Shown here: positions 44,801 through 57,172 of the stretch, piece by piece | How positions within the stretch are numbered: position 1 is the stretch's first letter | How the letters are laid out: the number at the start of each line of letters is the position of its first letter | Assembly: GCA_965112155.1 (NCBI GenBank) | Contig: OZ218103.1 | Direction: 5' to 3' (one strand) | Origin: Podarcis liolepis | Taxonomy: Eukaryota | Length of the DNA: 64,000 nucleotides | Notes under the pieces: model-generated | The model's input: the letters and a program-made list of their open reading frames with translations, nothing else | What the model was told of the DNA's origin: nothing | Databases searched by the model: none | Translations under genes and position numbers: made by a program

Positions 44801-47800
44801 CTTTGTATGTCACTGTATCCTATACTATATTCCTTCCACAACTAAGTTGGACCAGTGATGAATTCTTCCACTACCATCCAACACCCTGAGAGAGTCACAC
44901 AGTGCCAGCTTGGAGAGAATATATCAGATTGCACAAAATGAAACCAAACCTCTGGACTCACACCCAAGCTACCTTGTCTTGATAGAGAGAAGTGAACAAT
45001 TTGGAGCCATCTGATTGATACTGGAACTGCTCACCCTCAGCCAATATTGCTACCTTTTCTTCCACTGCAATGATTCCTGCTGCATTTGCACCAGGTGGGT
45101 GAACCTTGTTGCTTAAAGCAGAAGGCAGGGAGAGGCCATCCTGGTACTACAACAATCTTAGCTGAATCTGTGTAAGAGCCATAAAAAGAAAGGCCTGCCA
45201 TGTGGGGAACATCCACAGCCATAAAGACAGAGACCTACACAACTGAGCACCTTCACTCCTAAATGTCCAACCATCCCACCTCCCCAGCTGAGAATGCCAC
45301 ACATTTGTTTGGAACTGACAAATGCTCCCTTTGTAGGCCTGCCCACTGGCACAGAATGGCTCCCAAACACACAAAACGCACATGCTTAGCTCTTTCCCCG
45401 CAATGTATTTGCCAGCTTTATGGGCCCATTTTTCTTGTCAAGCTGACAGCGCTGCTAAGTGGATTTCTCTCTGATATGCGGACAGATTATCACATTACCC
45501 CAATGTCCAACACAAACATATTACTTTATATTCAATAGCTCTAATGAATATAAACTGCTTTTTCTCTTTTTGGGAGGGGAAGGAGGCTGGTGGGAGGGGG
45601 CAATCTATAGATTTTTAATGAGGGCTGCTATTTACTCCCTCCTCTTTAAAACAGGCTGAGGTGCAGCCTCTGGCTGGAAAATCAATGTTGTTATTGTTGG
45701 AATATTGTATATTGATATTGTAATAATAAGATGCAATTGATTTAGGGGTGCGTATGGATGGGGTCAACCCAGGGTTACTCTGCCTAGAGTGTGGTGCTGT
45801 CTCTCAAAGTGGACCATTTGTTTTAGGCAACCCAATTCCCCATTTGAACGCAGTGAATCCTCCCATCTGCACCCCTCCAAAAAGAAAAATGTTTGCAAAC
45901 GGTAGCATAGCACTGGTGGCAGCCCCCAAAGAAGGACCAAAGCTCTGCTAAGGAAAAAACAAACAAAATCTGGTGGTCTTAAGAGTTGATTATCTAGGGT
46001 CCCAGCCCCTGAGGAAAAGAAAGAGGGGGAAATGAGAGACGCTCCTAGAATTTCAGAAAAGGTGGACCTCTGGGCTGTGTGTGAAAAACAAAAAGATGAG
46101 TTGGCCAAGGGTGGGGACAGGGTAACAACTTAGTCTTTATAGTTTACATGGCCAAAAGGCTAAAGCCTGCCCTGCCCTTGTGTAAATGAGAGTTTAAATT
46201 CTGGCCCCAGCAGATGCAGACACAGATCCAAATGTGAAGTGTGTGCAACAGATGACCCTGCACAGTAGGGACAGCGGGGCTAGAGATGCTGAAACAGTCC
46301 CTCATGAAATCCCAATGAGATGCTGGAACTAACTGGTCTCTGCGCCCGGCCTTGGGAAATGTGCTCATTTGGAGTGAAGCTGGCTGCACCTGCATTATAG
46401 CCACCAAGACGGATCACCCAATGGCCTGCGCTGAGCAGGTCCATATTTAAGCTGTCCCCATGCTTTATGGTCTGTACAGGAGCTGATGCAGAGGCAGTGA
46501 GAGGCCATTTGTCACTGCTGGAATGGCAGATTCCTGTTAATGAATAATATCGCTGCTCTCTTTGTACAACAGCTCTCGGCACTGGGGGGGTGGGGGAGGA
46601 CGTTCATTGGGCTGCCTGCCTTGCTTCTGGCTTCCCTTTATTTGCCTTTGTTACCCAACGAAAGAGTCTGCTCAAACAACCTGTGCACCGTCACCCACTG
46701 TCACAGTATCTCACAACTCTGCCAACGCAACTGGAAATAAGGATGTTTTCTGTCTTGCCATCATACCTGTAAGTCCTAACCTTGCTGCCTGCCAGTTTGC
46801 TAACAACCAGCGCCAGACTGAAATCCATCATGCTGTGACTGATGAGCTGCCGGATGATGGCTGTATTGTTGAGAGAACACCAAGATGCCCCCACTGTCCC
46901 TGGGTGGCTTGCATCTCTGCCTCACACCTCACATTGGTCTCAGCCCCTTCACCCCTTCCATGGGCCAGCTTTCTCTTAGGTTTTTCTCAAGAGCATCCCT
47001 AACGTATCACAGGTCAGAGTGGACTGGTTATCACAGGAAAGACAGGTGCTTTCTGGATCTAGTCAAGAATTATCTCCTGACTTTTCAGCATCCACTGGCA
47101 ACTGATCTGCAGACTTCCAGGGCAAAAATGAAAGGCAAGTTAGGGCAAAGCACATTTTTCTTAGACCAATGCATCTTGTAGGCTAGTCCTCATTATTCAC
47201 AAAGGAACAAAATCACTAAAAGACACCTGTGTCAATGGGGACACAGAGCTGCATGAAGTAAAGAAGACTGGTCTCATGGGAAACACTCGTCCCCTTCTCC
47301 CCACCCCAATATCCTCTCTGCTTTCTGATCCTTTATTATTAACCACAAATGTAGTAATTTTAGTCTGCTGTCCTGCATGCTAATATGACCCTCTGAAAAA
47401 TAAAACAGGATGCATGAATGTGCAAATGTAAGGTACTAGTTTAAGCTTTAGCATGCAAAATGTTTTTCAATATATATTGCTTCAGTTGTTCTCAAAACGA
47501 CCCTATCAGTTTTGCAAAAGGTGGAGAACTTAGGCAGGATCCACACTAACAGTTTTGCCACATTTCATTTCAGAGAGGTTCCTCATTGTCCCAGGACACA
47601 TCTTTCTGTCTTTCTTGTAAATGCACACTCCTCACAGAATTGCACTTGGTTTTTAAATACATTTTTCTTAGACAACATTGAATTTGTCACATTTCTGATA
47701 AGTTTGATGTATTGTGATTTAAAAGGCAGCCAGGGCAAGGGGAATGTTGAAGCAGGATATAGTTTGGATAATATCATCTCCTTGTGGTATTTTCCCTATA

Positions 47801-48599
47801 ATTTTCTCTACTACTTTTTAAAAATAATCTTTTGCAAAACCTGCAATCAGAATAAAATATAGCAGATTAAGAAACTCTATTTGAATTCTAATGTGTCATA
47901 TTTGCATCATTTCTAACCAAGGGCACCCTACTGGTTCAAGTTCCAGGTCAGATGCAAAACTAACTCAAGTGAGCTCCCTTTGCTGTCTCAAGAAAAACCA
48001 CTACATTGCTGCCAGTCCACAAAGAAATTCTCAGCCTTTTAATCAGCCTTGTCTTTAGTCACAGGGGATCACAACAGTGCCAGTTTCAACCCCAGTGCCC
48101 TTTCAAAAATATAGGAAGCTGAGAAGGGGTTGTTGCCACCATAGGCTCAGAACCCCTTGAAGTCAGCCAGTTTATCTAGCCTGTTTGCCCTATTTGTGTC
48201 CAAGTTCCGTAAATTTTAAAAGGGGGGATTCATTAAGGATGATGGGATAATGAGCATATGGAATAAGCTTGTTAGAACCAAATACTAATCTAAACATACC
48301 ATAGTTTGAAGTACGATCCAAAGCAAACGCTAAATTTCTCTATAGCTCTCACTGTTACACCCATACTTCACAATCCTTTGCACCCTCCTTTATTTCCTGT
48401 TTGGGAAATTTCACTGCTCAAATAGTTCAAGCCCACACTTGTTTCCATATAACTGCAAAGGTCAGTTACTCATACTGGCCCATAAAGAATGAAGTCCTAA
48501 TGCTGACGTCATCCAATCGCTGTGTACTCTGTGAGGAACATCTAACAGATAATGGAGTTAGCCTGAGCATAAACAGCTGATCAATTAATGTGTTTTTTT

Positions 48600-48795
48600 G
48601 GGGGGATGGAATCATGGCTCAGTGCTTAAGCACATGCTGAAGGGTTCAGTTCCTAGCATCTCCAGTTAAAGGGTTCACAGGTAAACTGGTCTAGGAAAGG
48701 CCACTTCCTGAAACACAGGTAACTGTTGCCACCGATTGGAGCAGGCAGCAATGGCCCAGGTGGATCAGTGCTCTGACTCAGTATAAAAAACACAT
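48600..48795 (+). mobile_element. tRNA-derived SINE (Squam3-like)
   Basis: A-box tggctcagtg, B-box-like ggttcagttcc, 3' end tctgactcagtataa. Confidence 0.65.
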
Positions 48796-48995
48796 AATAT
48801 GGCCGTAGAAACAGGCGAGGAACCTGAGTCATAAAACAGGGCATCTTAGAAGCCATTCCTGTGAAGCTGATTGTCACGTAGACCTGTCACTTTTAATCAC
48901 AAACCTCTTTGAGGGAAATGAACTGCTTGCTACATGGAACAGCCACACTGTAGTACTTTTTAAATAGTCACTACTGTGTGTGACAGCTTCTTTGC

Positions 48996-49049
<54 letters not shown>
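48996..49049. repeat. (AAT)18 microsatellite, tail of the adjacent L2
   Basis: Direct read; abuts the L2 3' end. Confidence 0.95.
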
Positions 49050-49350
49050 TTATTATTTGTACCCCGCCCATCTCGCTGGGTTTCCCCAGCCACTCTGGGC
49101 AGCTTCCATAGAAACCAAAAATACACTAAAACATCACAGATTAAAAACTTCCCTGAACAGGGCTGCCTTAAGATGTCTTCTGAATGTCAGGTAGTTATTT
49201 ATCGCTTTGACATCTGATGGGAGGGCGTTCCACAGGGCGGGCGCCACTACCGAGAAGGTCCTCTGCCTGGTTCCCTATAGCTTTGCTTCTCGCAATGACG
49301 GAACCGCCAGAAGGCCCTCGCCGCTGGACCTCAGCGTCCGGGCAGAACGA
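49050..49350 (-). mobile_element. Young 5'-truncated L2-type LINE 3' end
   Basis: CpG-rich, little-decayed sequence (gggagggcgttccacagggcgggcgccactaccgagaagg = reverse of the RAFSVVAPALWN motif), a 3' stem-loop region and a microsatellite tail. Confidence 0.8.
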
Positions 49351-52300
49351 ATCAGACCAAATTACACCACACTTAGCTCTCAAAGCCTCAGCCACCAACT
49401 AGATGCAGCCGCTGCATGTGTATTATCTATGCAAGTTCTTTATGTGTTTACACACACAACAGAAATCTCTGGCTATGAGTTCCACAGTAGAATAGCATGT
49501 TTAGTAAAAATAGTGCTTGCTGAATTAAAAAGATGAAGTTAATGGACTAACGGAATATGAAATTCCTTCCAAGCCCACAAGAAAGTTGCAATGCCACCAG
49601 AATACAGAATGACAACAACGAACCAGAAGTGAGAATTAAATTGGGGTGTTCTCTCTCTCCTCCCTCATACCTTCAATATGGCCGCAGTGGGAAGGTCCCT
49701 GGGACTGCCGGCAGGTATCTCAGATAGTGCTGACAGCAGATGGACAGAACATTAAGAATAACTTACCTCATTATCTGCAATTACATTACTGCCACACACC
49801 TCATTTCTTCGCAAAGAAAAGAAAATTAGTTTTATATTGACTTCATCCTAGCACTTTTCCCAACTGGCCACTGGATAAACCACTCATTGTTTGAAGGCAG
49901 GGATTTGGGACATAGAGTGGGGGGTGGGCTTTGATGCTTCAATGAATAACAATTTCTCCTAACCTGTTGCCTAAAGGTGAGACTCCCCTCATACACAGGA
50001 GTCCATGTTTTTGTGTGGAAGGCTAGGCCTGAGTGGTTTAGGAATGAGACACAAGTTACTAGGGCTTGATCTTGGATTATTAGCCCCTGAAATGAGAAAC
50101 TTCAATTCACAAATCACCCGTATGGTAGTCAATGGCATTCAAAAGGCCCAATCTGGAGGTGAGAAGTTCTCAGGCCATATAGGGATCTGTGTCCGCTATA
50201 CACAACATGCTTCATTTCCATTTCCTGTCTGGCCCCTGCCATGGGATGTCACCTTTCCAACGTACATAAAGACCCCAAACAATGGCCTGCCCTCAAGGGC
50301 CAGCATGCCTGAGAACCGAAATGGGGGAAGCGTGCAGGGAAGGGGCAGCAGGTTACAATGGAGACATTTCCCCCTGTGTCGGCATTCTGCAACCTCTCCA
50401 TCCATTAGCCGTAATTGCTGGCAGCAGAATAACAGCATTTTTAAAAGCAGAGCTTTGCTCTGCTGGGCAGAAAGAAGGGGGAACATGCTCTCTGCTTCAA
50501 GGTACAAATGCCAGGCTCCCATCTGTCAGGAGGAAGGGCAGACAGAGCCACCCGAGGGCCCGTCACATATCCATTTTTGCTCGAGAACGTGGGAGGGTCC
50601 TGCATGCAAAGGGAACACTCACAGCCCAGGAATCCTTGAGCAGGTAGAAATCATGCCCAGCTCTGGGCTAAACAAGTTGCCCCCTGCTGAGAGATGAAGA
50701 GGCTGACAGTGATTCACATCTTCATTTACAGCCACAGAAAAAGGCTAGACCATCCTAATGGCTCACCACTTTTATCCATGCAAATATATACTATTATCTA
50801 TATCTCGCCTGCATCCAAAACAATGAGCTAAATTTAGGTTTTAAGGCACCATCCAAGTCACTCTAGATACAGGTTAGTGGTGGCTTGCCAGAATCCTAAT
50901 CTGTGCTGAATTCAGCCTGTGGTAGCATATGCTATACTACAGGCTTGGGATGGATAGCAGTGTACAGTACAAAAGTTAGAAGTAGACAGTCCTTTCCAGT
51001 GGTTACTATGAGCTGAGATGTTTGGCGTAAATCATCCCTGAGGCTCAGTGAGGAAGGCACTCGGCCTGCTAAGTTTCTCACATAGTGTGGGTGGGGCTGA
51101 ACTCAGTTGTGGGTGGTGCCATCACTTTTCAATGTCTCCCCCCCCCCACTTTGTGGGTGTGGAGGGGGGCCTGGCCTTTGCCAGAGGTCTGACCTCATCA
51201 CTTGTAAATTCCTTTGAAATTAGGCTGAGGGTTTCCCAACTGGCCTGTTGCCAACCATGCCAAAGGTCTCTTCACTGAGGACAAAGAAAGGCAACTTTTT
51301 TGGAGAATGGCCAAAGTATTGTTTGGATTGCCATTTAGGGGCCTCGGTTAACCTGGCATTGCAATGAGGTGGAAGGCTGGTGAGGCTCAAATCAGTTGCC
51401 ATTCAAAACAGATGTATAAATAAATACCAGCCATCACATCGCCTGAATGATCTACTGTTCTATGTAGTTGTTTCATGTTTATCCTGCTGCTCAAGGAGCT
51501 CAGAAGCGTTTTGGCCTCCTGAGGTAAGCTGGGCTAAGAAAGGGATTTGCTCCAGGCCACCTAGTGAGCATCATGGCTGAGCAGAGATCTGATCTTGGAT
51601 TCCCTAATCCAAACCTCATGTTAAAGTCACTATCCCACAGTTGTTGTTCTCCAGCAGCAAATTACCATATTGTTTTAAGTGGTGGATTTAAAGGGGTATA
51701 AATTCTCCTAAATATCAGAAGATAAAGGACCTAAATGGATAGTGTGTCTACTAGTGGAATAGGGCAGAAAATTTGGATATTGACACAATACAGACTGTTT
51801 AGTTTACTACACAGAAGTCAAATAAACATGCAAAACCATCTGTGGTCAAGTATGGGCATCTTAAATGTCTAAAAAAAGCACACCTCACACCAGTGCTTTC
51901 CATCATGTACCTGTAAGGTATATACTGAAATCATGCACTAGCTGGAGTCCAGACTGCAGGTGATATGTCTGCCCCACTCCTTACTGTGCATGGTATCGGG
52001 AACAGCAAAGCAAGAGATGTTTGCCCCTCTTTCTCAACTGGTCACTGGGAAATTCTTCTGGTATCTAGCTTCCGCAGCTGCTCTTGTCCTAGTTATAAGG
52101 AGCTGCTTTAGACAGTGCAATTGGCCCTCCTCGCCCCATAATATCTACCATACTTTCAGGAAAAGATTGTTCCCAGCTAGGAGTTCGCAGTCTTGTTCAC
52201 CATTCTTGCCATACTGCCATACAGCCAGGCTCCAGTATAAAAGAGAAGCCCAAGTCTCTGCCGAAGGGAGAAGGAAGAGATACGTTGACTAGTCTCTGCC

Positions 52301-53479
52301 TTGCTAGGGATTCCAAGTATAGAGGCAAAACAAGTACAGATGGTGACCACTTTAGGAACGATCACTGATGTGTGGGTCCTTTTGGACCCAGAAGAAGGCA
52401 CAATGGGGCGTAAGAGGGTACAAAACGGTTGTTGCCTGTAAACTCGTTTCCACTTCCCTTGTCTAGCTCTGCAATGAAGCAGGGGCAGAGGGATGTAGAG
52501 GCACATGGGCTTGTTTGCATCTGCCATGCATTTTGAACACCCAGCAACTACAGAGTCAAAGCAAGCCTCTTCTCATTTTCAGTTCCAAGATGGAGATGGC
52601 AGGAGGATATTTTCACACTGTGCAAAATGCTCCACCACCACTCCAGCTCCGGATTTCTAGCTGGAGAAGGAAGCAGGGGAATGCTCTCGGATTTGTGCTA
52701 TGTTTCAGGGGTCCAGCATGTGGTCAAGGACCAGGCCCCACCCACTGAAGGATGATGATGATACTCTTGGCACCAACAAATTTTGGGTTGGCCACCAAGG
52801 CAAGAAATATTTACTGGCTTCTGCTCCCAACTCTAGTACCCAAGATGCCAGAGATTGAAACTGATACCTTATACATGCAAAAAGAATTGTGCTCTGTCGC
52901 AAAGCAATGATTCCTCCCATGCTTCTCTTAATGACAATTATGATTATATTATGAAAACAGTCACTGTTGGCTTGATCCCTAGGATACACCTGTGCATAGA
53001 TGAGTGTCCAACAGCCAAGGCATTTGTTTTCTCCAGCATTTCCTTCTTTCCTGGCCAGGCCTGAAGAGTAGCTTCCTTGCTATACCCTAAGAGATGCATT
53101 CCTCATCAGCCTCCTTTCTCCCTGGCCACCATCCAAATTAAAAAAAGAACATCCCATGACACCATAACCCCTTCCACTCGCTCAACATTTATATTTGTTA
53201 AACTTTTTAGCAAACTTTCAGATTTTTGTGTGCACTTGAAGTTCTCAGGATTTACTCAACATCTTGTACCCAGTAGTCCAATCAAGCTGGGCCTATTTAT
53301 TAATCACCTTCCAAGAAGCATCCCAAAATGACTGAACAATAAAAACATCAACAGCAAAAAACATATAAAAACAAGTTATTTATTGCACTTTTAACCCACT
53401 CTTCAATCAAAAAGGCTCCCAGAGCAGCTTATTTATCAAGACAAAAGTCCCTGCCCTCAGGTTTATAATCTAAAGCATA

Positions 53480-53748
53480 ATAAGATAAGAACAGCCTGCT
53501 GGATTCAGGCCAGTGGCCCGTCTAGTCCAGCGTCCTGTTCTCACAGTGGTCAACCAAATGCCTATGGGAAGTGCGCAAGCAGGATCTGAGCACAACAGCC
53601 CTCTCTCCTCTTTTGATTCTGAGCAACTGGTATTCAGAAGTATACTGTCTCCAGCAGTGGAGGCAGAACACAGCCATCATGACTAGTAGTCAATGACAGC
53701 CTTATTCTCCATCAATTTGTCTAATCCTCTTTTAAAGCCATCCCAGTT
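53480..53748 (-). mobile_element. CR1 LINE 3' fragment
   Basis: taagaacagcctgctggat…tctagtccagc…aatttgtctaatcctcttttaaagcc. Confidence 0.8.
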
Positions 53749-54684
53749 TCAGAACCCAGTTCTGAAAGTTACAGTTCTTATGATGATCAGCTGTGATAGA
53801 AACTGAAAGGCTGCTGCTAAGTGATGGTTGGGAAAGCACCAAAGGCTGCTGGTCTCTCCGCAAAACCAACAGAATAGTCCTGCTTCCCTTCTGCTCTGCA
53901 GCCGGATTCCATCTGCCTTGCTTTGATCTGGAGGGTCAGAAGCTGTGCTCTTTTGCAACTTAAAGTGTTTGTGTACCTAGGACTGCACTGCAGAAGATTA
54001 CCTTTGGGTCTTGTATAGCTCTGTAATGGTATGGCTATCATTCAACCCAAGTCACAAAGAAAGAAAGGAAAAAGAAAGGGGGTGGAGGGAGGGAAGATGG
54101 ATGGGGGTGGGGTGGGGTGGCGATGTTTCTATTATGCTTAATGTGTGTAGAGTTTGGTGTCAGCGTTACTTGTGTTCCTTTGGTGGTGAGAGAGGTTGGG
54201 GTCGGCCTAGGGTGTGATTGTTTGTTTGTGATTGGCTGTGGTGATCTTTGTTTTCATGTGTGAGTGAGGTGGGTGGGTGTTTTGGATCAGGTTAGCCATA
54301 TTGATTTGTATGCTGTTGGTGGATTATTGTCATTGTCTTGTTGGGCTGTGTATGTGACCATCAGCCATTTCTAATAATGAGATGTGGTAACAGCCTCCTG
54401 TTGTGACTGGATACTAAAGAAAACCAGTTCCTAAAATGATATAATTTTGTATGCATTGTTATTTATTCTAAGATTTGGCTGTATGCTTTTTATTTTGTGT
54501 TCTATACACCATATCTGTACGGTGGGTTATAAATACTTTAATAAAATAAAAATAAATCATAAATGTACATCAGCTTTGTAATACGCTATTATCTGTATCT
54601 ACCTTAAGATTCATAAATGCTTTTGTAAATTGGAAAAATCCTGTAAGCCAGGCCCCAAATGCAGCCATTATCTCTATTAATATA

Positions 54685-54898
54685 TTTATTTGTATCCTGT
54701 CCTTCCTCTAAGTAGCTCAGGGTGAAATATATGGTTCCTCTTCCCTTCTATGATCACACAAGTCACATGAGTTAGGTTAGGCTAAGAGGCAGGAAACAGG
54801 CTCAATGTCAAATAGCAGGCTTTGTAGCTGAGCAAGGATTTCAACTCCAGCCTTCCTGGTCTAAGTCCAACATCTAGTGACTGTCACTACACCACACT
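54685..54898 (-). mobile_element. MIR-like SINE remnant
   Basis: ttatttgtatcctgtccttcc…ggatttcaactcc…cactacaccacact (reverse A/B boxes). Confidence 0.55.
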
Positions 54899-56199
54899 AA
54901 CACTCACAAGGCACAGGCAGCTTTTGCTGCATGCTTGAGGTGGCCTTTGGCCCCAGCAATTCTTTATGGGATGCTATTTTCCACAACTCCTGAACTCATG
55001 TTCACAACTCATGTTCTAAAGGAAAAAAGTCTCAAAGAGCTGTATTTCTGTCAACCAAGCCCACATTGGGGCTTTCTGACGGCTGTCTTAACAATGGCAA
55101 GGCTGGTGAGACATCTTCATTAAGCACAGTCTCAGCCACTTGCAAGGTCTCCCTTGAATGTCCACCTGCCCTTTCGGACTTACTCTTCTTCACTACTTTT
55201 CCTAAGTCCCAACTCTTTACTGCAGACAATTTGAACACTGAATTTGTACTGTTGCAAAGAACTCCAGCATTGGAACCACCAGCACCTTGAAATTACCATA
55301 TGACAGGACACAAGCTGTAATAAAAATATATTTACCTGTCAGTGAAAGACAGTCAGAGAAGGAGCCACACACATTTTGTGAAGCAATGTCTATCTCCTGT
55401 TCCCATAAAATACTGAAGCATATAACATTTATTCACAGAAATGCAAGGCATTCTCCTCCAATGTGGTACCCATTCTTTGGAACTCCTTCTTCTGGCAGAT
55501 CAGACTGGCAAGGTTGTGAAGAGTTGGTGAAAAACTGCACACCAAGGTGTTTGTGGCTTGTGGGCTTTCACAACTGTTCTTTGTGTTTTTCAATAGTGTT
55601 TTATTATGATGGGTTTAGATAGCTTTGAGTTCCTAGCAATGCCTAGAAAGAGTTCTGAAAATGTTTATGCAGAAACAAATAGATGAATAAATGCAGGGTA
55701 GACTACCTGGGCATATAGTGGGAGGCCAAGGACCTGCACTGGAGAAAAAATTACTCAGCCTCTGTGATTAATACCACTCACCCAGCCCTGATGCATACAT
55801 AATGCTGCTCAATAGTAATGAAGTGTTAACAGAGCCATTTCCTTAGAAATTCCTTTTTATCTTTCCATAAGTCTTTATAAAGGCAGAAGCAACAGCATTT
55901 CCCACCTGTCAGGATATTTGTGGAATGGGACAAGTCGCTTACGACCCTTCTGAAAGTTCTGTTTTATTTATGAAGGAGTTGGACAGACATCCAGTTAAGA
56001 AAAATATCAATCTATTTAGCCTGGTAGGTTCTACAGAGTTTTCTTGAGTCTCAGGAAGACGTCCTTCTCAGCCCTGCTACGTGAGATAACCCAAGGAATC
56101 TATCTGTGTCTTCATATGAACACTGCCAAGCTGATGTTCTTCCACACTCCTCTCACCTCAGAAGTTTCCCCAGTGGCAGACACTAGACTGGTACCTAGC

Positions 56200-56390
56200 A
56201 ACATAACCTTATGCCAAGTCAGACACTGGTCCATCCAGCTCATTGTTGTCTATACAGACTGGCTTGTGGCTCCCCAGGGTTTTAGGCAGAGAAGTTTCCT
56301 CCAGAACTACTTGGAGGTGCCAGGCACTGAACTTGGTACTTTTTGCATGTAAACCATGTGCTCTTCTACAGAACTACATTCCTTCCCCTT
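56200..56390 (-). mobile_element. tRNA-derived SINE (Squam3-like)
   Basis: ccttatgccaagtcagacactggtccatccagctc…ggcactgaacttggtactttttgcatgtaaa; reverse similarity to 48600-48795. Confidence 0.65.
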
Positions 56391-56474
56391 GTAGTGAGGG
56401 CATGGTCCACAAACCTGCAAACCACACTTGGAGGCAGTATACGCCTGAAAACCAGTTTGTGAAAACCATAGGAA

Positions 56475-56590
56475 GGCAAAGTGCTCACATGCTCATGCCC
56501 TGCATGCAAATTTCCCACAGGCATCTGGCTGGCTGCTATGAGAACAGGATACTGGACTAGATGGGACATTAAGACTCTTCTTACATTCTA
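56475..56590 (+). mobile_element. CR1 3' tip (same family as 53480-53748)
   Basis: ttcccacaggcatctggctggctgctatgagaacaggatactggactagatggg…ttcttac. Confidence 0.65.
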
Positions 56591-57032
56591 ATGAGATGCT
56601 CCATCTGGTCTCTTCTCTGTGCTACACTCAATTTTATAGCCACAAACTCAAAAAAAAGTCCACATTGGGGCCACTGAAAGTGCTTGTGTGCACAACAAGA
56701 ATGCTGGGAGATAGAAATGAACCAGCAGCTGACTGCAAATATAACCTCTCTTCACCAGAAAGCTCTCTGTAAACTCTGCCGAAACGAGAGCTGAGCCTTG
56801 CAGCTACACTGAAGCTTTGCAATATGGGCATTGCCTATTCCTTTGTATAAAGACAGAGATGGCAAGTCTGAATGTGAAAAGCCATGGCATGGTCAGATAC
56901 AGTAAGGCTAAAACTGTGCCCCCTTCCCCTCCATGAGATAACGACCAGGCTGATATTGAAGGATAACAGTGGTTCAGCAATAAGAGGGGGGGAAGCAATT
57001 TCATCTTTATTAGTGGGAGAATTCTCTTTTAG

Positions 57033-57172
57033 NNNNNNNNNNNNNNNNNNNNNNNNNNNNNNNNNNNNNNNNNNNNNNNNNNNNNNNNNNNNNNNNNNNN
57101 NNNNNNNNNNNNNNNNNNNNNNNNNNNNNNNNNNNNNNNNNNNNNNNNNNNNNNNNNNNNNNNNNNNNNNNN
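57033..57172. other. Assembly gap (140 N)
   Basis: Direct read. Confidence 1.

Noticed and set aside
48874-49194. Poly-Tyr and poly-Ile ORFs
   Set aside because: Translations of the (AAT)18 microsatellite.
50005-50697. Longest ORF in the track (230 aa)
   Set aside because: No recognisable domain or splice context. It is antisense within the ERI3 intron and its composition looks like translated non-coding DNA.
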